This document shows, piece after piece, positions 1 to 10,648 of a stretch of DNA of 28,983 nt. The position numbers were made by a program, and so were the translations under genes. The notes beneath the pieces are model-generated. The model had not been told where the DNA came from. It saw nothing but the letters and a program-made list of their open reading frames with translations, and did not search any database. The DNA comes from an uncultured bacterium. Its GTDB lineage: Bacteria > Chloroflexota > UBA5177 > JANWHV01. Every line of letters begins with the position of its first letter. The stretch's first letter is position 1. The DNA lies in NCBI GenBank assembly GCA_963729625.1, contig CAVSOU010000018.1:1-28983 (forward strand). The letters run 5' to 3'.

Positions 1-692
1 AATGCACAGATACACCCCCATCGGCTCCAGCCTTGGTACACACAATCAGACCCGAGGCTGCAAGCTGTGCCTCATCGAAGCCTTAAGAACCAGAGCGGAC
101 TCCATCTCGGCTGGGGAAAACTACGTCTGCTTGAGCAATAAGCCGACGAACCTGCCTCCACGGTCGTGACGGAGGACCGCTTCGCGCCGGAATGCTCGGG
201 CTCAACCGACACTTTGCCGCCAGCGGCCCGAACCCTTCGCGCCGCATCGGTTACCACGTCCGCCAGTGTTGCTCCCAGGGCGATAGCGGAACCTGAGACG
301 TGCAGCCAGCTTGCGCGCTCGGGCAAGTCGCCGAGGTCTTGCAGGCGCGATTGGCCTGCGGCGGCCTCGCGCACATAAAAGACGAAGCTGCGCTCGCCGG
401 TGGCAGCATACGCGACGAAGGCTGCTGCAGTGGGAAGCACAGGATCTATGGCGATATGGTCAACACTACGCCATCCGCCGAAGTCGATCCACGATCATCC
501 GACCAAACCCGTCGTTTCCCACAGCGCCGCACATCTCGGTCTCAGCACCGAGCCGGGCTGCAGCACTGGCGAAGATGGCTGGCGCCCCATGGGTAGTGGG
601 CCGACAAACGTGGCTGTCCGGTCAAACGGCACATCACGATCCGGGCGCATGAATGCAGCGATGATTTCACCGACAACTAACAGCATAGCCAC
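1..692 (-). CDS. PfkB-family sugar kinase (frameshifted; 3' end outside window)
   Basis: Joined frames give MLLVVGEIIAAFMRP...FVGPLP..., then LPTAAAFVAYAATGERSFVFYVREAAAG and WLHVSGSA...AGGKVS, typical of PfkB N-terminal and mid domains. GGGAG RBS precedes GTG at 692 (alternative ATG at 686). Confidence 0.8.
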
Positions 693-935
693 TACTCCCA
701 GCGGGGGAACGGCACAGTCGCCTGGTGCCTCCCGCGGACGCTGTCTCTCGCGAGGCGGCTGCGCCAGCATGCACACAGAATACACTGCTGAGGACGCAGC
801 GCGTATGCTACTCCTGCCGAAGCGCCACGTCAATTGTGCAAAGTGCCGAGGATGTGCGCCGCATTGGCGGGCTACGCTGCGCCACGGCTGAGCGTAGCAC
901 GTAAACCTGGCGGGCACTCCGCGGCTGCCGCGGGG

Positions 936-1010
936 TTGCCAGCCACCGCTGGGGTAGCTTAAGATACTGATCGATTGCAAACGATATGGTTAAGAGCAAC
1001 AATATGAAAC
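936..1010 (+). promoter_or_regulatory. sigma70-type promoter with downstream phased-repeat operator (copy C), upstream of the cyclase-E1a-E1b-E2 operon
   Basis: TTGCCA (936-941), 18-nt spacer, TAAGAT (960-965), then ACTGATCGATTGCAAACGATATGGTTAAGAGCAACAATATGAAA, which is conserved in two other copies in this window. Confidence 0.7.
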
Positions 1011-1171
1011 AGGAGCGAATGCAGCGACCTGGCAAAGTGGCGCGTGGGTGGTTGCCGCAAGTGATGGGGGGCGCGGCGTAGCAATCCACGCCGTACCACT
1101 CTGGCGGCGCGACGCTAGTACACGGCTGAGCAGGCCGCTGCGCGGACGAGTAGTTACGCTGAGGACGCATC

Positions 1172-1874
1172 ATGATCAATGCAAGGATCGTGGACCTAAG
1201 TCACGCGCTCTACCCTGGTCAGGAAGAGTACCACCTGAACCTGAGAACGCATAATACAGTCGATCTCTATCCGCAGTACCCGGTGGACGACGGGAGTCTG
1301 GTACATCCTCCAGGACATAGACATGTCCTCGCGACTGCGGCACCCACATCGAGTTCCCGTATCACCACAACAGGCATGGCATGGATGCCGGCAACCTTTC
1401 CACTGGCCAGTGGCTCATCGGGGACTGTGTCTTGCTTGAGCTCCAGGCACAAGAGAGTCGGGCGACCGCGATGACGCTCGCAGGAAGTCGAGGTCCTACG
1501 ACAGCGTCATTCGGGCCGTGCGACATGCTGCTGCTCGTACTTCGACTGTGCGAAATAGCTGTACCGGACTGACCATGCCGCACGATCGTCCACGGCTGTC
1601 AGCCACGACGCGATCGAAGTGGCTCGTCTTCGCCAAGCACATCGACCTGATCGGATCGGACGCATACTGGCATAGCGCTCGGGGGTGTGCGCAAACCAGC
1701 CGAACCATCGAGCTGTTGATGGGTAATGGGATACTGATTATTGAGTGCGCTGCGCATCTTGATCAACTAGAAGCCAGCGGTTCACGTTGCTGGTGCTTGC
1801 GAGTACATGGCCTGGATTCGTGTCCCATTAGGCTCATAGCAATCGAAGATCAACAGCCGGGAGGACATTCCTAA
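1172..1874 (+). CDS. Cyclase family (kynurenine formamidase-like) metal-dependent hydrolase, frameshifted
   Basis: N-terminal RIVDLSHALYPG; GTHIEFPYHH motif region at about 1335-1370; C-terminal LLMGNGILIIE..HLDQL...GLDSCPIRLIAI. The stop overlaps the next ATG (TAATG). Confidence 0.8.
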
Positions 1875-2836
1875 TGGGATCGTGCGTTCACAGGCTTCCG
1901 CACTGCAGCTCTACGGAAACATGGTCCGCATCAGAAAGTTCGAGGAGAAGCTGTTCTTCCTGTTCTCCACGAGGTCGATGCCCGGAACTATGCACCAATA
2001 CAACGGCCAGGAAGCAGTTGCGGTTGGTGTCTGCGCTGCGCTGAACATCGACGACTAATCACGAGCACGCATAGAGGTCATGGGCATTGCATAGCGAAGG
2101 GCGCTAGCCTGAATGCGGTGATGGCGGAGATGTTCGCCAAGAGCACGGGCTGCTGCAAAGGTATGGGCGGATCTATTCACATTGCGGACTTCAGTGTCGG
2201 AATGCTTGGGGCCAACGGCATCGTCGGAGCTGGCATACCCAGGCGGCCGGCGCCGCCTGGGCTTGCAAGTATCAAAAGAACGGGAAGGTGGCGGTGGCGT
2301 TCTTCGGGGACGGTGCCGCGAATGAGGGAGCTTTTCACGAGGGCATCAACCTAGCGGCGATATGGAGGCTGCCGGCCATATTCGTATGCGAGAACAACGT
2401 CTACGGATTCTCGACGCACTACAGACGAGTAACGCCCCTCGAGGACATGGCGGATAGGGCGAGTGCCTATGGAATCCCTGGAGTCGTGGCGGACGGGATG
2501 GACGTGCTTGACGTCTACTGCAAGAGCACGGAAGCTGTCGCGCGGGCACGAAGCGGGGGACGGCCCCACCTTACTGGAATGCAAAACGTATCGATTTATG
2601 GGGCATGCGCGGGCGGAGAAGCCCACCTATCGGACGCGGGATGAGCTTGAGTCGTGGAAGCTGAAAGATTCGATCATCAGCTTCGGGCGCAGGCTGGTGA
2701 AAGACTTCGACGTGGCGGCAAGCGAATTGGCAGCCGTGAACGACGCTGTTGCTGAGGAGATCGAAGAGGCGGTGGCCTTCGCGGAAGCCAGTCCTGCCCG
2801 GGAGCGCTGGATTACCGGCGCTACATCTACGCGTAG
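1874..2836 (+). CDS. TPP-dependent dehydrogenase E1 alpha subunit (AcoA/PdhA-like), frameshifted
   Basis: LYGNMVRIRKFEE, GQEAVAVG, STHRGHGHCIAKG, GMGGSIH, GANGIVGAG, TPP motif FFGDGAANEG...ENNVYG, GPTLLECKTYRFMGH. GGAGG RBS at about 1860. Confidence 0.9.
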
Positions 2837-2851
2837 GTGCTGGGAAACAAT

Positions 2852-3872
2852 ATGAACGCGACGAAGATAGTCTAGGCACTGCGGCTCGCCCTGATAGAGG
2901 AAATGACCAGAGATGAGCGCGTGGTGTTGCTGGGAGAAGAATTGGGGTGTTTGGTGGCGCATTCCGGGTGACCGAAGGCCTGTTGGATATGTTTGGCGAG
3001 GAGAGGGTGTGTGAGACGCCCATTTCGGAAATTGCCATAGTGGGCGCGGCTATTGGCGCCGCCTTAGCAGGGCTGCGTCCGGTTGCTGAGATTCGGTACA
3101 AACGATTTTATTCCCATTGGCCATGGACCAGATCTGCAATCAGCCCGCGAATCCACCTGATGATGGGCGGGCAGGTCAGCGTGCCGTTGGTCATACGGGC
3201 GCCTATGGGCTGCACGGGCAGGCCGCACAGCACTCGCAATGCCTGGAGGCGTGGTTCATGCACACGCCGGGCCTCAAGGTGGCACTGCCGTCAACCCCGT
3301 ACGACGCCAAGGGACTGCTCAAGACGGCGATACGGGACGATAACCCGGTGATGATCTTCGAGCATAAGCTGCTCTACGGTTCGCCGTCTCCTGGAGGCGC
3401 GTCCGAAGATGGCCGTCGACGACCTGGACGAGACCTTTAAGACCAGCGCCGGACGACGAGTACCTCGTGCCGTTCGGCGTGGCCGATGTCAAGCTCGAAG
3501 GCGAAGAGTGACAGTAGTGGCCACCAGCTACATGGTACATACGTCGATCAAGGCGGCTAAGGCGTTGGCTCATAAGGGCATCGAGGTGGAGGTAATCGAT
3601 CCCGAACGTTGGTGCCGCTCGATACCAGCACCATTCTGCGGTCCGTAGAAAAGACAGGCCGACTCGTAATCGTCAGCGAGGATGTAGTGACCTGCGGTGT
3701 GGCGTCGGAGATCGCAGCCATCGTAGCGGAGCAGGCGCTGTTCAGTCTTGACGCTCCAATCAGAAGAGTCTGTGTGCCGCACACGCCGATTCCCTTTGCA
3801 CCCAGCAACGTGACGGCAGTGATTCCGCAGGAGCATGATATCGTGCGGGCCATAGAGTCGGTACTGAATTAG
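2852..3872 (+). CDS. TPP-dependent dehydrogenase E1 beta subunit (AcoB/PdhB-like), frameshifted
   Basis: [84 protein letters not shown]. Confidence 0.9.
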
Positions 3873-4182
3873 TTTCGGTTTGAGCCCTCCTGACGGGAGA
3901 TGACGTGGGATGAATCCGACGCACGACTTGCATGTCGATAGATGCTATTGGTCTTCGGCCCGCGCTGAGCACGCTGTCGAGCTCGGTCCAAGGACCGCCC
4001 TCCCCAGTTGCCTGCGTACGGGTCTCGCGCCCGACCGGCCTTCCCGGCAGAGAGCCGGTTCCGCGGGGAAATCCAGCTGCGGTAGCGACATAGCTTGAGA
4101 GCATCGCCGTCCCGACGCGGGGCAAGAGGTCCCTGCGCTTTCATGACAGCGATGCTGACGATTGGCGCGGAGGTGGCCCAAC

Positions 4183-5434
4183 ATGCCGACGCAGATCATC
4201 AGTCCGAGTGAAGGCTCATCAACAGTGCCTGGTTGTGCAATGGTATGTCAAGGTAGGGGACTCAGTCAGCATCGGGGATCCCGTCTGCGAAGTCGAGACT
4301 GACAAGACAACCATTGATCTGAGTCCCCCGCTCAGGAACCGTGCTCGATATTCTCGTCGCTGGCGGTACAGAGGTGCCCGTATCCACGCCGATCGCGATC
4401 GTGGGCGAGCTCGGCGAGGAGTACACGAGCACGTCGCCAGCCGATCAGCGGGAGGGGGCGTCGAGCGTGGCGGAGCATGCGGCGCCTGCCAACGCCATTA
4501 GGGAGAGCCCTGGCCCTGTCGAACAAGTGGCGGAGCGAGCCCGGGCACTGTCATCGCCTAGAGCCAGGCGGTTGGCAAAGGAGAAAGGTGTTGCCCTGCA
4601 CGTGGTTCGCGGCAGTGGTCCCGGCGGAAGCATCGTGGAGCGGGATGTATCGGCGTGGATTTCTGAGCATCAACTCGAAGGGCGGACTCTTGACTCCGCT
4701 GGCAGCCTGGGCACGGCAAATCGCTTGGGTAGCGCAACCCAGCCAAACGCAATGAGACTCCCCGCCGAAAGTGCTGTGCCGCGGCACCGGCAGGTAATCG
4801 CGCAGCGGCTCACGCAGGCGGTGCAGACCATCCCCCACATCGTCCTCACTGCGGCCGTCGACATGCGCCGCGCCCGCGCAAACCTGGCGCGGGGGCGTGA
4901 GGCCGGCCTGGACGAGCTCACCTACACACACCTACTGCTGCGTGCCCTGGCCCGAGCCCTGCGCGCCTATCCCGCGGTCAACCGCGTCTGGCGCACGGGG
5001 GGCGGCGGCACGCAGTACCAGGCTATCGCCGGTGCCCCCGTGGGGCTGGCGGTAGCGGGGGGGACACACTGCTAGTGCCTACCATCACCGATGCCGACCG
5101 GGTCACGCTGACAGAATTAGTGCAGGCCACGCACGCGGCGGTGCACCGGGCCCGCTGCGGCGCGCTCAGCGCAGCCGATATGCAGCCGGCGGCGGTCATC
5201 CTCAACCTCGGCATGTACCGCGTGGACACATTCCAGGCGATCATCGACCCCGAACAGACGGCCGTCCTGGCCACTGGGCGCGTGCGCGAGCAGGTGGTGG
5301 CACTTGACGGCGGCATCCACGTCGTGCCTCAGCTGCAGGCCACCCTGTCTATCGACCATCGCATCGCCGACGGCGCACTGTCTGCGATGTTCCTCGGTGC
5401 CATCGTCCAGGAGCTGGAAGATGGCCAGTCCTGA
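4183..5434 (+). CDS. Dihydrolipoamide acyltransferase E2 (AcoC/PdhC-like), frameshifted
   Basis: Lipoyl domain WYVKVGDSVSIGDPVCEVETDKT; E3-binding domain SSPRARRLAKEKGV...GSGPGGSIVERDV; catalytic LSIDHRIADGA. GGAGG RBS before ATG 4183. Confidence 0.88.
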
Positions 5435-5495
5435 AACCGGTCGCGCTGCGGCTCTGCACGCAGCGGCGCACGGCTCGCTCCTCGGCCGAACGTGC

Positions 5496-6209
5496 TCATA
5501 CCGGCTGGGCCACGACCAGCCGAATACCGTGAGCGGCGCACAGCTCTTTCATGGCGGCGCTCGCCTGATCACTTACCAGCACATCCACAGCGCCCAGCTC
5601 GCAGACGCGCGCGAAGTGCGTGACACCGACCTTGCTGTGGTCCAAGGGCAGCACGACCCGATGCGCTCGCTCAATCACCGTCGCCTTGAGTTGCGCCTCC
5701 TCCAAGTCCGCCACTGTCAGGCCATTCAGAAAAGCCGCTGACGCCGATGAAGGCGAGATTCGCGGTAAACCGCTCGAGATTCTCTGTCGCCAGGCGCCAA
5801 TGAGCGCGCCTGCCACGCGGCGCAAGCGCCCGCCGACAAGAACATGTTCCACGCCCGGTAGGTCCGCCACCAACTGGGCGACCGCGATCGCATTCGTGAG
5901 CACGGTAATGTTCCGACCGGCTAGCTTGGCGGCAATGCGCTGCACGGTGCTGCCACTATCCAGGAAGATAGCATCGCCGTCCTTGATCTCGGCCAGGCAG
6001 GCACACGCGATCGCTTCCTTGGCCCCCACATTGGCTTCGGCGCGGACGTCGAGTTCGCGCTCGAGCATCAGCGCACGGCAATCGCACCCCCGTGCGTGCG
6101 CTTGACCAGGCCACTCTGCTGCAGGGCCGAGAGGTCCTTGCGAATGGTCGGCTCGGTCACGCCGAACAACGCGACCAAGTCGGCAAGGCGCCCGCGCCCG
6201 TGCACCGCT
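5496..6209 (-). pseudogene. 5'-truncated, near-identical inverted copy of the DeoR regulator at 17064-17852
   Basis: The reverse complement aligns with 17135-17856 with few substitutions (ELGAVDVLVSD vs ELDAVDVLVTD; AQPV vs AQLV). About 24 N-terminal codons are missing; homology stops at 6209. Confidence 0.85.
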
Positions 6210-6213
6210 CTGG

Positions 6214-6342
6214 TGAACTACTCGCCTGGCAGCCTAGTCACGCATCGGCTCCGACTGGTGCGACAACCCGTGCAAGCAGGGGATCGTCTGCATCTCGTCT
6301 TGCAGACGCATCAGATCGCGACGCCACCAGGCGAGTAGTTCA
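6214..6342. mobile_element. 129-bp MITE-like element with perfect 16-bp terminal inverted repeats
   Basis: TGAACTACTCGCCTGG (6214-6229) and its exact reverse complement CCAGGCGAGTAGTTCA (6327-6342); TG...CA termini; no recognisable coding content; no clear target-site duplication. Confidence 0.6.
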
Positions 6343-6375
6343 ACGCGGCCAATCGCGCACGTCGCGAGTATCAGG

Positions 6376-7392
6376 CTACATGGTCATCACCGTCTTCACA
6401 TCCATGGGACCGGGCTCGGTGACGATCACCGTGGGCACCTCCTCCAACGTGACGCGGCGGGTGATGAGCGACTCCATGTCGAGACGGCCGGAGGCGACGA
6501 GCTCGACCGCACGCCCGTGCGTCATTGGATTGAGGTAGGAGCCGACGATGCGCAACTCGCGCGAGAAGATGTCGTAGGGAGCAATGCTCGTCGTCTGGCC
6601 CTCGGGCACAACGCCAAATACCAGGACAGTGCCGCCGCGCCGCGCCATTCTGAGCGCCTGCTCGAACGTCTCCAGCTTGCCAGCGCATTCCATCGCCACG
6701 TCCACGCCGCCGGGCACCAGGCCGTCGGCAGCGCTCACAGCGGTCACGGGGTCCTTGGCCTGCGGGTCGATGGCAGCCATAGCGCCGTGCTGCTCGGCGA
6801 GCGTGCGGCCGCGCTGATGGAGCGTGGAGAGGACGATTGTGGTGGCTCCGGCCAGCCTAGCCAACTGTACCATGAGCTGCCCGATTGTACCGCCGCCAAT
6901 GATAGCCACGCTCATGCCGGGCTGGATGCCGGCACGGTCCAGGCCGTGCAGCGAGCAAGCCAGCGGCTCACACAGGGCGGCGTGTGCCGCCAGCATGTTC
7001 GGCGGCAGAGTGTACGCTTGTGTGGCGGGCACGACGGTATACTCGGCCATTCCGCCGTCGAGAGTGGCGCCCAGGGCCCGAAGTTGCGAACAGTAGGCGA
7101 CGCTTCCACGTCGGCAGTCGCGGCAGATGCCGCAGTGGATATTCGGATCCACGGCCACGCGCGTCCCGGGCTGAATCGCCGTCTCGGCCCCCGCTTCGAC
7201 GACGGTGCCGGCGAACTCGTGGCCGATCGTGAGCGGGAACGTAGCTGGAAACTCGCCGTGCAGGATATGCCGGTCGGTCCCGCACACGCCACACGCCTCA
7301 ATGCGGACCAACAACTCGCCCGGGCCCGGCGCCCGTACCTCCACCTCGTGCACACGCAGGTCCCCTATCGTCGTGACTCTCGCTGCGCGCAT
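6376..7392 (-). CDS. Zn-dependent alcohol/polyol dehydrogenase (sorbitol/threonine dehydrogenase family)
   Basis: Intact 338-aa ORF with CGVCGTD, GHEFAG, structural-Zn CGICRDCRRG...C and GGGTIG Rossmann motif. Confidence 0.92.
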   Translation of the reverse strand: MRAARVTTIGDLRVHEVEVRAPGPGELLVRIEACGVCGTDRHILHGEFPATFPLTIGHEFAGTVVEAGAETAIQPGTRVAVDPNIHCGICRDCRRGSVAYCSQLRALGATLDGGMAEYTVVPATQAYTLPPNMLAAHAALCEPLACSLHGLDRAGIQPGMSVAIIGGGTIGQLMVQLARLAGATTIVLSTLHQRGRTLAEQHGAMAAIDPQAKDPVTAVSAADGLVPGGVDVAMECAGKLETFEQALRMARRGGTVLVFGVVPEGQTTSIAPYDIFSRELRIVGSYLNPMTHGRAVELVASGRLDMESLITRRVTLEEVPTVIVTEPGPMDVKTVMTM

Positions 7393-7517
7393 GCTTGGCT
7401 CCTCTCCTTACCGTCTCGTCACCTTCGTCCTATCCTCACTGGTAGTCGCTACTCTCGCCGAGCGCCAGACCTACTGAGCCTGCCGATGCGCCAATCCGCG
7501 TACCACCCTCGCCGTGG

Positions 7518-8490
7518 TCAATAAGCTCCCAACAACTCCTCATCTGTTGCCTCGAGCACAGCGCGCTCTCGCGTGTAGAAATACGAAGCAGTCTGCCGAA
7601 CGAGCTCGTCGAGCATCGCTGCGTCGGGGCTCCCATACATCTGATCGTATGGGTTTGCTCCGGTACCCAGTGGCTAGGGAAGCAGAAGCACCTGTCGTTG
7701 TTATAGCCCGCCACGTAGAGGGCCATGATCACGATGTCCAGGTCGAGCATGCCGGTTCCGAGCGCTCTCCTGTTCGTGTCCGCCAGGTGCAAGTTCGTCA
7801 TCATGTGGCCGTAGTTCAGAATTGTCTTGCCGATGTGCTCCTCGCCAACGAGCATGTGGAATACGTCCCCCGCGATGTGCTGGATGCCTGGATGATTGAT
7901 GGCGTCGATGAGGTTCTTGGCCTCCGCAAAGGTATGGCAGAGGCTTACCTCGTCTCGCCGCACAGGCTCAAGAGCGCGCGGATCCCGCTCCTGACAAAGT
8001 CGTCGCCCAGAACCCTCATGGTGTCTGCAGCACGCTGGAACTCGTTATCGTCGTACTTGTTCGGCCGGCCAACTGCACAGGGGCCGAACAGAATGTATTT
8101 ACCACCAACCGCGGCACAGAACTCGATGTGCGTCCTCATGTAGTCGATGGCCCGCTGTCTCGCGAAGTGGTTGGTGTTCGCGAACTCATTGTCCAGATAT
8201 ATCATGCCGCAGATACCGCTCACCTTGATCCCGTGCTCACCCAGCGTCTTGAGAACCTCCTCCGGCTTGTAGCCCAGGTCGTTGCCATAGAGGTTGCCGG
8301 GCAACTCGATATACCTCACGCCGTTGCGTGCAAGCCTCTCAGCCGACACGGCCAGCGGTTCCACGCCGAATCCCCAATTGCTCCAACCAAGATTCAGTCT
8401 GGGCAGCCTCGCTATGTCCTTACTACGCCTGAATTCGAGGAATCTCCGCACCACCTCATGATCGTGCTTCCGGAAGTTCTGTCGCTCCAC
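7518..8490 (-). CDS. Sugar (phosphate) isomerase/epimerase, xylose-isomerase-like TIM barrel (D-psicose/D-tagatose 3-epimerase-like), frameshifted
   Basis: WSNWGFG, YIELPGN, RQRAIDYMRTHIEFCAAVGG, EVSL, GDVFHM..GE, HLADTNRRALGTGMLD. The reconstructed C-terminal frame ends ...EELLGAY* at 7518. Confidence 0.8.
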
Positions 8491-8724
8491 TGCCTACTCC
8501 TCTCCAAGAACACTTCCCGGTCGATACCGGCGGGAACTGATCAGCGGCCTACGCGCGAGTATGTCAGCAGTCGCATCGGCGTGCCTCCGCCGGCGATCGC
8601 ACGTCGAAGAGGACGAACGCTTCGAAGACATGCCACGCCGAGATGCGACGTGCTTCTCTATCTACGGACCTCCCGTCGTCGGACCAGGCCGGACTGGCCG
8701 CGCACCTCGCCATCGGGTCCGTCT

Positions 8725-9503
8725 CTATTCTGTGGTTGAGCGGAGAAGGGCCGGCGCCTCATCGTCCGCGGCCATCAGCCCGACGAGCTGATCGCGCGTG
8801 AGTTCGCCCGTCCGTGCCTCAGCCAAATTGCGACCGTGCCGGAGAACCGTGAAGCGGTCTCCGACCGTGATGGCATGTGTCACATTGTGGGTAATGAAGA
8901 TAATGGCCAGACCGTCGGCGCGTGCCGTCGCGACGAGCCGCAGCACGATCGCTGCTTCATGCACGCCGAGCGCCGAGGTGGGCTCGTCAGTATCAGCACC
9001 GAGGCCCCGAAGTACATGGCGCGGGCAATGGCGACCGACTGTCGCTGGCCGCCGGACAGCGTGCTCGTGGACTGGCGTGCGCTATGCAGGCTGATCCCGA
9101 CCCGCTTGAGCTCTGTGAGCGTGATCTCTCGGCGGAAGCCCAGTCGACCCCGGCGAAGAGGACCCCAGCCGGTCGACGGCTCGCGGGCGAGGAAGAAGTT
9201 GCCGACCACCGACATCAGCGGGATCATCGCCAGATCCTGGAAGACGGTGGCGATGCCGGCTTCGAGCGCGTCGCGCGGTGAATGGAAATTGACCGGCTTG
9301 CCATCCAGCTGTATCTCCCCCGAATCCGGGCGGTGGACGCCCGAAAGCACCTTGATAAGCGTCGACTTGCCGGCCCCATTGTCGCCGAGCAGGCAAAGCA
9401 CCTCGCCCGGTTCAACCTTGAGCGAGACATTAGTAAGAGCGGCGACCCCCGGAAAGTGCTTCGTGATCTTGATCGCCTCGAGCGTTACTTGGCTGATCGC
9501 CAT
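8725..9503 (-). CDS. Monosaccharide ABC transporter ATP-binding protein (single domain), frameshifted
   Basis: Walker [10 protein letters not shown], signature [14 protein letters not shown], Walker B region ILDEP split by an indel at about 8990, H-loop ITHN. Confidence 0.92.
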
Positions 9504-10559
9504 CTGGGCCTCATCGCGCGTCTGCGCACGAAGTGGTTGAGCGCGACCGCGCCGAGCAGCATCGAGCCCAGCATGGTCTGGAACCAGTTCGCGTCGATGT
9601 TGGTAAAGAAGATGCCCTGGTTGACCATTCCAAACGCGAGCGCGCCAAACCAGGCGCCGATCGCCAGCCGTAACCGCCGGTCAGCAGCGTGCCGCCAATT
9701 ACGGACGCGGTGACCGCCTGGAACTCGACGTTTGTGCCCTGCCCGACATCGGCCGAGTTCGTCTCAATCACCTGTATAACGGCAACCAGCGCCGCCGCCA
9801 GCGCGCAGCAGATATAGAGCAGCACTCGCACCCGGTCCACCGGGACGCCGACGTTCCGCGCAGTGTTGAGATCGCCACCGGTCGCGTAGGTCCAGTTTCC
9901 AAACGACGTCTTGCGGAGCACCCAGAAAGCGACGAGCGCCAGGACGACCCACCAGACGACCGAGATAGGAAACTGGCCGATATAGCTGTTGAAGAAGACA
10001 TGGAGAGGGCTGCCGCCCGCCTTGTCGTTGACACCCTGTATCTGCGTGTTGTTTGTAACGAGGCTGGTTAGTGCTATCGTCGCTCCACGAAGAATGTAGA
10101 GCGTCGCCAGCGTCACAATGAACGACGGCAGCCCGGTCTTGATGACCAGGATGCCATTGGTCAGACCGACCACAATAGCGACAAACGCGACCAGGGCGAG
10201 CGACGGCAGCACCGGCCAGCCGAGTCGGGTGACCGTGTACGAGAACATCATCGCGGCGACGCCGAGCATGGAGCCTACGGAGAGATTGAATGTCACCGGC
10301 GATCATCAGCATCGCTACCGGCACGACGATGATGCCCTAGCTCCGCCGCAACCTGGAAGTAGTTGACCGTCCCGGCCGTACTCAGGAACCCGCGGCCGCT
10401 CGCGGCAAAGGCAAAGAAGGCAAAGACCGCTACCACCGCGACCAACGCACCCGTCTCAGGCTGCGTCGTCAGCGTGTAGAACCAGTCGGAGAGCCGGGTA
10501 CGAAGCCAGCCACCGCGCCGAGCGGCCTGTTCGTTCGACTCAGCGACCAATGGTTCCAT
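9485..10559 (-). CDS. Monosaccharide ABC transporter permease (RbsC/BPD_transp_2 family), frameshifted
   Basis: Multiple hydrophobic helices; [56 protein letters not shown]. Confidence 0.9.
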
Positions 10560-10648
10560 CAGCTGTCTCCTTAGCGCCTCACGACGAGGGTGTCGGGGCG
10601 CCGTGGCCCAGCGGACATGACGCCCCGACGTTGTAGATATCGTGCGAG

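Noticed and set aside
3873-4182. 310-nt gap between E1beta and E2 with a 62-aa ORF and a small hairpin near 4116-4138
   Set aside because: No recognisable protein or RNA motif; not an E3 remnant as far as I can see.
6517-7524. 335-aa plus-strand ORF and similar long antisense ORFs (7514-8143, 8836-9540, 17057-17728, 19155-19826)
   Set aside because: Antisense shadows of well-supported genes in GC-rich DNA, with no recognisable motifs.
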